Shown: in pieces, positions 1 to 12,600 of the stretch
Layout: each line of letters starts with the position of its first letter
Position numbering within the stretch: the first letter of the stretch is position 1
DNA from: Octopus sinensis
Taxonomy: Eukaryota
Assembly: GCF_006345805.1 (NCBI RefSeq)
Contig: NC_043004.1
Location: 101,308,001 to 101,372,000, forward strand
Direction of reading: 5' to 3'
Length of the DNA: 64,000 bases
The notes under the pieces: model-generated
Database searches by the model: none
Seen by the model: only the letters and a program-made list of their open reading frames with translations
Told to the model about the DNA's origin: nothing
Made by a program: the position numbers and the translations under genes

Positions 1-325
1 AGGTTGTGAGTTCGATTCCCGGACCAGGCTGCATGGTATATTCTTGAGTAAGACTATTTATTTCACGTTGCTCCAGTTCACTCATCTGTAGAAATGGGTT
101 GCGATATCAGTGGTGCCAAGCTATATCGGCCTTTGCCTTTCCCTTCAATAACATCAGTGGTGTGAAGAAGGGAGGCTGGTATGCATGGGCGACTGCTGGT
201 CTTCCATACAAAAAACAACCTTAGGTTGTACATTCGCCGGTGAGGCAACTTTCCACCCAGAATTTTGTCCTGGAAGGGAACCTCTTAGGTGCACCCATAG
301 TCATTCATGACCGACAGTCGAGAGC
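1..325 (+). mobile_element. tRNA-derived SINE, family E (5' end cut by window edge)
   Basis: B-box-like GAGTTCGATTCCC followed by cttgag..aagac..cacgttgctccagttcactca.ctgtagaaatg. Related copies at about 28955-29120 and 58685-58850. Confidence 0.7.
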
Positions 326-599
326 ATGTATATATATATATATATATATATTATTAACTACATATACTTAATGTATAAGCTTTGTGTATTTTCTGGTTAT
401 TGCAATGGCATGGTAGAGTATATACACCCTTGATAGTATGTAGTCAATATTTTTTTTATATTAAAACTGCTTTTATTTCACACACACACACACACACACA
501 CTGATAGATTAATATTAATTTGCAAAATATTTTTTTTTTTAATCCAACACTAGAATTCAAACTAGCCATATTTAATCTTGCTGGCAAGATATGTTTGGT

Positions 600-1235
600 A
601 CAAGGAGCAGGGTTAGCATTAAATCAAACAAGGTCATACGTGTTTTTAGTATCCCTCTACATGATCAGTGCACTCATACTGGAGTGGCCCAGTGCCTCAG
701 TCTCCACACGTATGAGCCACACAAATGCTGTTGTGGAGCAGCAGTCCATGAATCCACCCTGCATCCATTATTCTGTAGCCTTATTGTAGGTCGATTCCCC
801 CAACATATCACTCTGAATGACATAATTAGAAGGGCTCTCAGCACAGCTGGCTTCCTATCTCGACTGTAGATCTTTACTGTAGGATTGGTAAGTGCCCCAA
901 AGGAGTAACCCACTGCCCATTCAAGGGAGGCAGATCCCTGGTCTTAGATGCAACACTTTCAATGCAACCTTGCTGCATTGGCTGCAAATCTGGGTATCAC
1001 CACCCATAATGCAGAAGAGAGGAGAGTAAATAAAATGCAGGAGCCTGACCAGTCATTACCTGTTCGTGCTAATAATTGTCGAGGTCGCAGATATTCTCAG
1101 ACCCTGCACAACCAGTTTCCCCTGCAAAATCTTGACAACTGTAACCCATCTGGGATTTGAACCCTGCAAGTTGGAGTGACTGCTGCAGCGAGTATCATTT
1201 TCAGCAGCAATACAATTGCTGTCATGATGACAGGG
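600..1235 (+). mobile_element. Degenerate C-terminal fragment of a CRE-clade (RLE-type) non-LTR retrotransposon
   Basis: Across frameshifts it reads EPHKCCCGAAVHESTLHPLFC..GRFPQHITLNDIIRRALSTAGFLSRL, GKCPKGVTHCPFKGGRSLVLDAT, AEERRVNK.RSLTSHYLFV.IIVEV, LLQRVS. This matches the CCHC + PD-(D/E)xK endonuclease consensus as I recall it. Confidence 0.7.
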
Positions 1236-1469
1236 CATGGCTGAGTACACCATTTGTTCTGGAGTGTGTAACCCATTGCCCCCTCCTCCACCATCTTCTG
1301 CTGCTTAATCCACCCCCCCTTATTTCTATTCTTTTTCTGTTTTTTTTTTATTCTCGAAATGTTATGATCCAAAGTTGTAACAGTTTGCATAAAGTATAAA
1401 ATATATCTTGCACCATAAATAATACAGATATTAAAGGGTTTATATATGTGTATACACACATATATATGC

Positions 1470-1870
1470 ACAGACATGGGTGTGTGATTAGTAGTTTATT
1501 TCCCAACCACATGGTTCCAGGTTCAGTTTCACTGCATGACTCCCTAGGCAAGTGACTTCTTCTATAACCCCAGGCTGACTAAATCCTTGTGACTAGATGT
1601 GGTAGACAGAAACTGGAAGAAGCATATCATATATATATATATATATATGCATATATGTTTTTGTGTTTGTCCCTCACCACCCTTGAGAACTGATGTTGAT
1701 GTGTTTATGTCCCCTGTAACTTAGCAGTTTGGTAAAAGAAACCAAAAGAATAAATACCAAGCTTGGGAAAAAACTAAGTACTGGAATCGATTCATTCAAC
1801 TAAAAAACCTTTCGCGGAAGTGCTCCAGTATGGTCATAGTCTAATGACTAAAACGAGTAAAGTATAAAAG
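1470..1870 (+). mobile_element. tRNA-derived SINE, family A, diverged copy
   Basis: Collinear with the copy at 52864-53252 (ccaaccacatggttcc.ggttcag head; gtgctccag.atgg..gactaaaacgagtaaaag tail). Confidence 0.75.
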
Positions 1871-2105
1871 GTATATATATATACACACATACACACACAC
1901 ATAAGAAAAAGAAAACAGATAAATTGAGATACAGACATCAATATATTGGAACATATTTAATTCCAAATAAAAACACTCTTAACACCTACAATTGTTTCCA
2001 TGCCCAATTAATTTAATTTGAGAAATTGAATTAAAGGGAACTTGGATACTGACGTTCCTTTAACAGGATTTTATACCCTTGATTTAATTATATATATATA
2101 TATAT

Positions 2106-2136
<31 letters not shown>

Positions 2137-3106
2137 AGGACTGGTAGGAAGGTAGGTAGGTAGATAGCTAATATATAGATAGATTATATTTAGATAGATA
2201 TTATATATATTTGCATGCACACTTTTACATTATTCTAGGTTGTAAAATTGGAAAAGAGATATTTTCATATAATTGAATTGCTTTATTTATATTCAGTAGG
2301 ATAAAACAAACTTCTAGGTCTGAAGGTCACCTTTGAGTGTTTTCACCAACACTTTGAAGGTATAATTTACCTATTTAAAATTAAGGTCTGAAATAGTGAT
2401 TGTATCCAAATATTCCTCCAAAAACCTTATAGAATTTAGTATCAATGTCATAACAAATTAAATACTATATCATTATCCTTGCTTTTCAAGAAACCTGTGT
2501 GAAAATCTTTTTGCATGATTTTATTATTTGATAGAGTATTTGAATTCTCTCCTTTCTCCCACACCGAAAGACCTACAAAATGATTTGCTTAAAAACCTTC
2601 CCTTCCTATTTATTGCATGTCCTCTGATTTTGAAATAATCTATGAAGATGGATTATATTGAATGGATATTGAATTGTGAATTCCTTTATGCTATCTTGTT
2701 TTGTTGTGCTTTTTCTTTTCTTTATTGATTTTTCTTAAAAAATCGTTTCTTTTTTATCTTACACAATGTGTCTTTTGTTGTTAGAATTTTTAATTAAGAT
2801 AAGTAATTTTCTGATTGTAATCATTATTGTAATAATATTTTGTAGATCAAAACATTCTTTTGAAATGCTGACAACACTTAATAATATCATTACCGTTTAC
2901 TTTGTCATCAGTTTTATCCTCATCATCTTCACAACTCCACAGACTCATAGACAGCATCACCTGCAATAGGATAGCCAGGCTTCTTTGTACTTAATGTCTA
3001 TTCACCACCTAGTTACATTTAAAGGGTCATTAGTTGTTGCTGTATATGAAACTAGAAAGATCTCAGTTAAATTTGCTTTTGACTGATATGTGTCTTGCAA
3101 AGTATT

Positions 3107-3400
3107 ATCATCATCATCATCATCATCGTTTAGCGTCCGTTTTCCATGCTGGCATGGGTTGGACGGTGCAACTGGGGTCTGGGAAGCCAGAAGGCTGCAC
3201 CAGGCCCAGTCTGATCTGGCAATGTTTCTACGGCTGGATGCCCTTCCTAACGCCAACCACTCCATGAGTGTAGTGAGTGCTTTTTACATGCCACCTGCAC
3301 AGGTGCCAGACAAGTCTGGCAAACGGCCACGGTCGGATGGTGCTTTTTACGTGCTACCGACACGGAGGCCAGGCGTGGCTGGCAACGGCCACGATCGGAT
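3107..3400 (-). mobile_element. RTE-tailed SINE-like element, family B
   Basis: (CAT)n, then cgtttagcgtccgttttccatgct..ggatgcccttcctaacgccaaccactcc, then about 2 internal monomers. Confidence 0.85.
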
Positions 3401-6092
3401 TGTAATAATAATAATAATAATGAAATTATTGTATACAGTGCTCAGGTGCACCACAACTTGTCAAAAATGCATATAAAACATATGTAGTAATGTACAAACT
3501 TATTCCCTTCTGTCTTCAAGTCTTGGAGGCCTTGTAATGAATCAAGGGCATTTCTTTGACCCCTAAATAAAAGATGAAAAAGAAATGGCATTTGAACCTT
3601 CTTTTTCTTCATTGTTGTTCGATAATTATTAATACCACTTTCGCTATTAACTTCATCATCGTCTCTATTTATTTGATTAGGTAGTAGATTCTTAAGGGTT
3701 ACTAATGCCAGAGCTTTTCTTTCCAAACTTTTTCAACTGGTTTAATATCATCACCTGGCCCTTGGCTACCTTTAGTAGAACACTAGGCCAGGTTTCCACA
3801 TTTGTTCGTAACTTACTCCTTTCCTCTCACCAGTCTTAAAAGCCCTGAGAAAAAAATAAAGGGTTATGGTCACTGCCCTTTCTCCTCTAAATCATGTCAA
3901 AATTGATTCACCTGGAAAGCATGCATTAAACCTGATGATAACGATGATGATAACTAGGAAAACCAGGAAAAATATACCTATTTTCGTTTATTTATTATTT
4001 TTTTCAAATGTTTTAGTCTTTTCGTCATTGATTTGAAAGAGTGAAAAAAATCATAATCATAAAAGAAGGGATCATCATCATCACTCGTTATACCTTAATT
4101 TATATTGCTTGGGGATGAGAGAAGACGGGCTTCATCCAGTTTACAATGAATTTCAACTTTAGACATGGTTATCGAAAAGTTTGGATGATTATTTCCTCAG
4201 TTACTGTGACTTGTGTCAGAAAAATCTCCTACAACTTTTTTTTATTTTTATTCATTTCTTTATAATCAATCCACCAATTTTAGAAGGAGAAATTATTATT
4301 ATTGTAGTAGGAAACCAGTTCTATCTTTTCAGAATATTACAAGAATGCTTGCAAATGGTTGAATTAACAGGTATTTCCAACCCACGTCAATATAGAAAGA
4401 AAAGCATAATGTTAATATCAGTTGCTGCCTTTTCATCTCTATAGGGTCAAATTGTGCATCATACTGTGATATCTGTCCAAATCACTTTCAGTTGTCTTGC
4501 TAAACTTAACTGCTGCAGTTTAGTGAAGAGGAGAGAGAGAGAGAGTGAGTGCAGGACTTGTCACACAGAAAGTCTATCATTATAAATAGACAGATTGAAC
4601 CATTAGCAATGTTTGTCAGAGATGACATGACATCAATCTATCAATTCTTGAGACAGCTCACAAAATGTGAATCAATTTAGTTTGCTATAGACACTACATG
4701 CACTTCTTATCATTGTAATAACACTGATACTTCTTGTTATTGTGTGGCTGCAGTTGTATTTCAGTAGAGCCATGTTACAATAGCTCAATGAAAATTTCAC
4801 AATGGCCTAGAGGTCCTTTAAGTTATATTACATTAACCATATCTCTATCTAGTTTAGTCTGACACAAACACAGTAATAATAGCTTGTAATAGCTTACTAT
4901 CATTTTCACTTCTCTGTTAACTTTTTACACAAGATTCTCAGGAATTGTTACAAGATTCTCCAAAATGCTTTTATTTTTCATTTTGTTTATCTTGAATCTG
5001 ATTTTACTCTAACCTCCAATATTCTAAGCTATTAATTAATCATAGCAAATTACTGTCCATAACCAGTTCTTGTCCTGGAAAGCATTGAAATTAACTTTTT
5101 TTTCCCCCTCTTATCTATTTCTGGTTAATTGGCCAGTAAATTATAAACATATAATAGCTGATCAGTTGATGAACCAGAGAATGACTATTACTAGCACTAT
5201 TATGTATGGTTTATTTTTACCTTTATATGTTTGTATCTATGTTTGTATATGATTCGGACTGGTACAAAATTGCTACATTAATCAAATTAGATGGAGCAGA
5301 AAGTATTTATTGTATTTCTATTAATTGTAGTACAGCTCTTCAGTTCTAAACTCAGGTTGAATACATATGACTGGAGATGCTGTTTATCTGTTAGAATAAA
5401 ATATATTAGAGTCTGAAACATTTACTGAATAAAGTTCTCATTTCTCGTTCCTTCTCCAAATCATTAGAATTCTCTTCTTCTCATGACACATAAAATAATT
5501 CCATTTTACATAAAGTTTAATCAATTTTTTATTGATCTGTATAGTCTAACATTTCGTTTCACAAGTTGAGGTAAGAACGGAGGAGTTTTATCTAAACTTT
5601 TGCAAACAGTGGAGTTGAGTGACCCCATTCTAAGTCTACGGTCCCCAAAGGCACAGCCTATCATTTACAGACACATCGTGGAGTAAACAGAGATTTTGTA
5701 CTTGTATTATTGAAGACTTCTTCAAAACAGCCCCTTAAGAATTCTGCATAGTATTATGGTTACCGCTAATAATTTCTCAGAATTTAACTTTAAAATATCA
5801 TCTAAATTTCTGTATACTGTAACACATTAACTTTTATTTTTTTGGTTTCTGCTTATTAGATCTTAATTAAACAGCTTCTAAATATGAAAACATTACATCT
5901 TAAATTATTTCCAAATACTTTTATGTGTATTTTTAGTTATGTTAGGAAATTAATTTATTAATAATTAGTTTCAGTGTTTGTTTTGGTTTTTTTTTTTTTG
6001 GTAATCTATTAAATTTGTAAATTAATCATGTTTTATCATCTGATTTGCGTGTTTCATTTCCAATTATCACATCTCTCTTCTTTGTTTTCTAG

Positions 6093-6173
6093 ACTCTGCC
6101 CCAACTTTTCCAAAATTTCAGGTGGCTAAAGTCGGTGATACAGTAGAGCTAATGTGCTCAAAAGAAGAGTTTG
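6093..6173 (+). CDS. ADGRL-like: Exon A: N-terminal part of Ig domain ([26 protein letters not shown])
   Basis: tttgttttctag acceptor, g|gtatgt donor, 81 nt, phase 1-1. VGDTVELMC is an Ig B-strand motif and is in frame with the next exon. Confidence 0.85.
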
Positions 6174-9100
6174 GTATGTTACATAAGGAAATTTTTCCAA
6201 TACTTTCTAATAATGTACATTATTTCATGATACCCCTTTTTTCCCCCCGCTTTTAATACTTAGATCCAAAGCTACTGCTTACTGACTGGAGAATGAACAA
6301 TTAAGACCCTATCTGTCAGTCTCTCAGTTAATCTAACTGAATTGGTAGGCAATAAAACAACAAAATTTCATGAGTGGTTTACTAGATAGCATTGCTTTGC
6401 TCAAAGCTTTAGCATTCAGATTATTCTATCAAATGTATCATCGTTTAACATCCGCTTTCCATGCTAGCATGGGTTGGACGATTTGACTGAGGACTGGCAA
6501 ACCAGATGGCTGCACCAGGCTCCAATCTGATCTGGCAGAATTTCTACAGCTGAATGCCCTTCCTAACGCCAACCACTCTGAGAGTGTAGTGGGTGCTTTT
6601 ACGTGCTACCGGCATGAGGGCCAGTCAGGCGGTACTGGCAACGGCCTCGCTCAAATGGTGTTTTTTACATGCCACCTGCACAGGAACCAGTCCAGTGGCC
6701 CTGGCAATGACCTCGCTCGAATGCTTTTTTCATGTGTCACCAGCACAAGTTCCAGTAAGGTGACACAGGTAACGATCACACTCGAATGGTGCTTTTTACA
6801 TGCCACCAGCACGGAAGCCGGTTAGCCACTCTGATGTTTATTTATTCATATAGTTTTGAATTAATCAGGCATTGCCTCATACTTTTGAGATTTCCGTGAT
6901 GTAATTGTTTATTTTTTAAAATGACATTGTAGGGTAGGTGTGAGAGGCTGCATCTGGTCAGTTTGAATATAAAACAGTTACAAAATTGGGGCTGGATATC
7001 ATCATCATTTAGCGTCCGCTTTCCATGCTAGCATGGGTTGGACGGTTCAACTGGGGTCTGTGAAGCCAGAAGGCTGCATCAGGCCTAGTCTGATCTGGCA
7101 GTGTTTCTACAGCTGGATGCCCTTCCTAATGCCAACCACTCCGTGAGTGTAGTGGGTGCTTTTTACGTGCCACCGGCACGGGGGCCAGGCGAGGCTGGCA
7201 TCCTCTATGTTCTGAAGAATAGGCAAAGGTTCTCTCTCTCAAAGTCAAAAACGTTGATCACACGTTGATTGATTGATACTGTTGAAATAAAACCAGACAG
7301 TTATTTTTGTAAAATTGAGGGATTGGTAATTTTAATTTAGAATCTTGTTGCCGGTGGAAATATTCCAAAGATAAATTTCATAAACTGTCCCTGGTGACAA
7401 TTCATTAATTGTTATTGTTTGTTTTCTTCCTTAGGTGACTCTGCTATACAGCTCCTAGCAAGAATCAAATGGTCTAAAGTTGATGGAAAAATACCGAAAA
7501 GAGCCATAAATGAAAGAAATAAACTCATTATACATAAAGCATCTTTGAGAGATGCTGGCATTTACTGCTGTACTATCACACTTGGAACAAAGTCTTTCCA
7601 GTCCAAAATTACACTCAATATCACATGTAAGTTTATCATTCACTCATTTACAATGCTGGGGAATTCTATTCTAAATCAATGGTTATCCCACCATTTGTAT
7701 CCTTCATGTTACACACAGTCATTTCAGTTCTATTATTCCATAGAAGTTATATGTGTATTCTTGCCCAAGCTGCAATAACAACAACAACAACGATACCAGG
7801 AATAATATTATTAAAATTAGTCAAGGTGTATCACTTGATTTATGACGATTTCTACCATTTTGATGTATCCACACATTTGTCTACGAGAAGTATTTTTGAT
7901 CGGTTCAATTGTTGGTACTTATTTCATCAACCTTGGTGGAATGAAAAACAAAATCGTTCCAAGTAGAATTTTAATTAAATCCTGACAATGTACCAAAACA
8001 GATTTACAATTAGAACAACCTGCTTATTTTTGACACAGGTAGAAGAGAACTATGCTCAGCAACATAAGTTCCTCCAAATTTAATTTCTGGTTATCCATAC
8101 ATGGTAGGTTTGCTATACACCATATTACTTGCTCATGCCCAGTCTTTCGTCATCTCATCTATCAGTAACCCGAGATCTTAACTTCATTGTTTCTATACTG
8201 TAACTACACTACACAAACAAAACATCACATTTTCCCCTCAGTATTCACAATCTGTTTGGATCAAATGTCTATATTAATACAGTCTCCTCTCCTAGGATTG
8301 AATTAAATAGAATGCTCCGAGCTTTAAACTAGTTACAGTAATCTCAAAACGCTTCAAGTCTTTAAGGTGACAGTAATATAGATAATTTGTATTTGGGGTG
8401 GTATATGTACTGAATGTTCACCGATAATGTTAGATAATATTGATGCTCATGGTAGTTTCTGGGTATACATCTATGCAGCATTAAAATTAAAATAGAGCAT
8501 TAGTTTTAAATCACTAATGATGGTATTAAAGAAAGTGTAATGGAAGAGGTATCTAACATCAATGGTTGAGGAAATAAATGTCTAAACTATAGATTATGAT
8601 GATGCATTGGGAATTAAAGATTATGAAGTGAAATCCATCTACAGCCATTGTTAATTATTTCTGTTTAAATTTATGTGGTCATTGTGAGTAACAGATTGAG
8701 ATTAAACTCGTCACAGCGATCATGATACGTTATACAAAGGCTGTGTTTTTTTTTTTCAATCATCCCTGCTGAGGAAATGACAGACACTACTTTTATGTAA
8801 TGTTTGGGAGGCATTTTAAATGTTTTAGGCCATGCTGTCTATTTTTATTCTATTCCTGTTGGATAGTCACTGCTTCAGTGTTCATTAGAGATGCGAGTTG
8901 TCTCCCTTGCATAATCTAAGGGAAATAACTTATTCTTTTCCACCAATATCTTTTCTTTTCCAGCGTCATCACATAGACCCCCACATATACCCGAAACTAC
9001 CACCGTTCCATCAACCACAACAACTACCACCACTAGAAGACCAATTCCTGTACATACTACAAAAAAGCATCCAGAACCGTCCACTGTAAGTTCCACGACA

Positions 9101-9583
9101 ACAACAAGAAGAACAACCACTACAACTCGATCAACAACAACAACAACCCCAAGACCAAAGACCACCAGCCGCAAGTACGATATCAGAACGAAAAGCTTCA
9201 CGACCCAATCTACGACACCATACAGAGTAATTTCTACAACATATCGAGCCAAAAAGTGCCCAGAGAAAACTGTTGATGGAATATGGTGGCCTACTGTGCA
9301 TTCTGGGGTTGTGAGTGAACGACCTTGCCCAGGGGTTAAAGTCGGTGAGCTATTACTCTTACTATACTCTCTCTTTTACTTGTTTCAGTTCATTTGACTG
9401 CGGCCATGCTGGAGCACCGCCTTTAGTCGAGCAAATCGACCCCGGGACTTATTCTTTGTAAGCCCAATACTTATTCTATCGGTCGCTTTTGCCAAACCGC
9501 TAAGTGACGGGGACGTAAATACACCAGCATCGGTTGTCAAGCAATGCTAGGGAGACGAACACAGACACACAAACAAACATACA

Positions 9584-9632
<49 letters not shown>

Positions 9633-12600
9633 GTCAGGCTTCTTTCAGTTTCCTTCTACCAAATCCACTCACAAGGCATTGGTCAGCCTGAGGCTATAGC
9701 AGAAGGCACTTGCCCAAGATGCCACGCAGTGGGACTGAACCCGGAACCATGTTGTTGGTTAGCAAGGTACTTACCAACAGCCACTCCTGCATCTATCATG
9801 AAAAAACTTCCATCCATTTTCCCAATTCAGCAGTCAAGTCATAATTACTAAATATTCTACTGTATATTAAGTTTCCAAATATGTCCACTCTAAATTTTCA
9901 TATGTCAATACAGCATTTCATTTTAAGCAACCAGCAATATAAAAACTATTGCAGCGTGGAAGGTGTTTATAAGCCATTTAAGAAACACACAAAACCGTTA
10001 GATTCACTTCAACATTTAAATTTAATTTGTCAAAATATTTTCAGCGCTTTGAGATGCAGTACGAAGCTTTGTCAGTGAACAGGTCGTGGATTTTAGTGAC
10101 GAAAATATTTTGACAAATTAAACTTAAATGTTGAAGTGAATCTAACGGTTTTTGTGTGTTTCTTAAATGGCTTATAAACACCTTCCATGCTGCAATTGTT
10201 TTCGTTCCAGCACACGATCTCAGATCAAGTCACTCGCTATGCAAGTACATCTCCGTAAATATAAAAACTGTCTGGTTGATTTAATGTGTTTCTTAACACA
10301 TTTACAATTACACTTGTTAAGTCTTTTATAAAATGCTAAAGTAGCCCACAGGATCTGTACCTTTTAGGATAGAAATGGCTACATCTCTAGTGCTACTTAC
10401 TATCAATTTGATCTTCTACTCAAAAACTGACTGTAAATTACACAACAGCAACTGGTGTGTTTTAAAAAATCCTTTCGTTATTTGTATAGGCTCACTTCAA
10501 CTTACGTTGGTGTTTGGTTCCAAGATGTACAACTTAACTTGAAAAATGATTTCACAGGAGAAAGACATTTTAAAAATGTTATATTTTATGTTTTTAATGT
10601 TTTGTACATATTTTCACATGTTTTATTTGATTTTCTACTTCAGTATTAGTTTTTAGTTGTTTTTTTTTGGGGTTTTTTTTTACACTTTTAAATATGTTCA
10701 CTGAATCTGATGTAAAATCAGATAAATCAACTGAAATTTAGGTATACTTTTTCCATTACTTTCTGTAGAACAAAGTGACATAAGTTTTTTAAAAAATCAG
10801 AAAAAATACCCCAACTCGAAACAACGTAAGTTGAGATATACCTGTATATTCATTTAGTGCAATTCATCACTTAAGCAGCAACAATGGGCAGTTTTCCAAA
10901 ATCATACCTGCTGTTCAGATAGATGAAAATCTCTATGGGAGTTATCGTTATTATGCATCAATATATTTACAAGAGTAACTAGTTTGTGAACTTTCGTATA
11001 CTACTGTGGACATTATGGTGGTAAAGCATATATGAGAATATCAATAGAATTAAATCTATCCACTGATCCTGAACAATTTGATGGAAAATAAATCAAATCT
11101 GGTTCTTTTTGCATCACATTGAAAGAGCTTTAAGAAGTTTTACACAACAGGAAAGAACGGTAAATATTTTAATGATGCTTGTAAAATATATATATATATA
11201 TATATATATATGTTCATATTTTTTTTTTAATTGTTTCTCATAGGAATCGCTAGATGGCAATGTGGGGAAAGTCATTGGATTCGACCAGCTCCTAACTACA
11301 CTGATTGTGTGGCACCATGGCTGCAAGACATCGCAAATAATGTACGTGACACGTTAAAATCTGATGTACGTGAAACTTCAGGTTTTTATTTAACTCTATC
11401 TAACATGCATGCATGCTCTTGCGCACAGACCCACTCACAAGCACGTGCTTTTCTCTCCTCAACACTAATATGTGAACACAACTACTAATTTCACCTAACC
11501 CATCATCTTGTACTAACATGGCCCAGTGGTTAGGGCAGCGGACTCGTGGTCGTAGAATCGCGGTTTCGATTCCCAGACCGGGCGTTGTTAGTGTTTATTG
11601 AGCGAAAACACCTAAAGCTCCACGAGGCTCCGGCAGGGATGGTGGTGATCCCTGCTGTACTCTTTCACAACAACTTTCTCTCACTCTTACTTCCTGTTTC
11701 TGTTGTACCTGTATTTCAAAAGGGCCGGCCTTGTCACTCTCTGTGTCACGCTGAATATCCCCGAGAACTACGTTAAGGGTACACGTGTCTGTGGAGTGCT
11801 CAGTCACTTACACGTTAATTTTACGAGCAGGCTGTTCCGTTGATCGGATCAACCAGAACCCTCGTCGTTCGTAACCGACAGAGTGCTTCCTCACTAACAT
11901 AAAAGACCCACTTTCTAATCCTGTTCAAGATACTCACTTTGATCCACTTTCTGTGCAAATGTGTATTTTTGTGTATAGAAACACACCTGTACTTACTCAG
12001 AATAACAACTCCTCTCCCAAACTCTTCTTCTTCTTTAACCTACTTGTCCACGCTAACACCTGCTTATACCTGTGTAACATAGATGCTTCTTTGCTTCTAC
12101 TTTCAAACTGTGCTTGAAAATCAACATTAACCCTTGTCAACCTTGTCCTTTCTATGCCTATCTGACCTGAGTTATGGAAACAGTAGTAATACTGATGTAT
12201 ACATACATGCAATCAGGTGTGCACACATATACATACATGCAAGCACATGTACACACACATGCAGGAGAGACAGACACAGATAAGTCATATTGCACTCACA
12301 TTCATTTAGTCTTAATTATATTTTTACTCTGTTCTTTTACTTGTTTCAGTCATTTGACTGTGGCCATGCTTGAGCACCACCTTTAGTCGAGCAAATCGAC
12401 CCCAGGACTTATTCTTTGTAAGCTTAGTACTTATTCTATCGGTCTCTTTTGCCGAACCGCTAAGTGACAGGGACGTAAACACACCAGCATCGGTTGTCAA
12501 GCAATGTTGGGGGAACAAACACAGATACACAAACATATACATATGCATATATACGATGGGCTTCTTTCAGTTTCCGCCTACCAAATCCACTTACAAGGCT

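Noticed and set aside
4333-4370. Possible upstream mini-exon (ttttcag ... acag|gtattt, ILQECLQMVELT)
   Set aside because: Phase-compatible with exon A but no recognisable motif or signal peptide; unsupported without RNA data.
4691-4773. Signal-peptide-like hydrophobic frame (LLIIVITLILLVIVWL)
   Set aside because: No in-frame ATG and no usable phase-1 donor before the stop.
9086-9091. Perfect GTAAGT inside the stalk exon as an alternative donor to shorten the stalk
   Set aside because: Phase 0, while the next acceptor is phase 1, so it would frameshift; the exonic side (ACT) is weak.
8875-9252. Minus-strand Val-rich ORF resembling a membrane protein
   Set aside because: It is the antisense shadow of the Thr-rich stalk exon (ACN codons read as GTN-like).
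9534-9851. Recurrent similar ORFs ([12 protein letters not shown].., LAARYLP..) at 9534, 12494, 15438, 52815 and 56099, suggesting a gene family
   Set aside because: All are chance frames in family A SINE copies.
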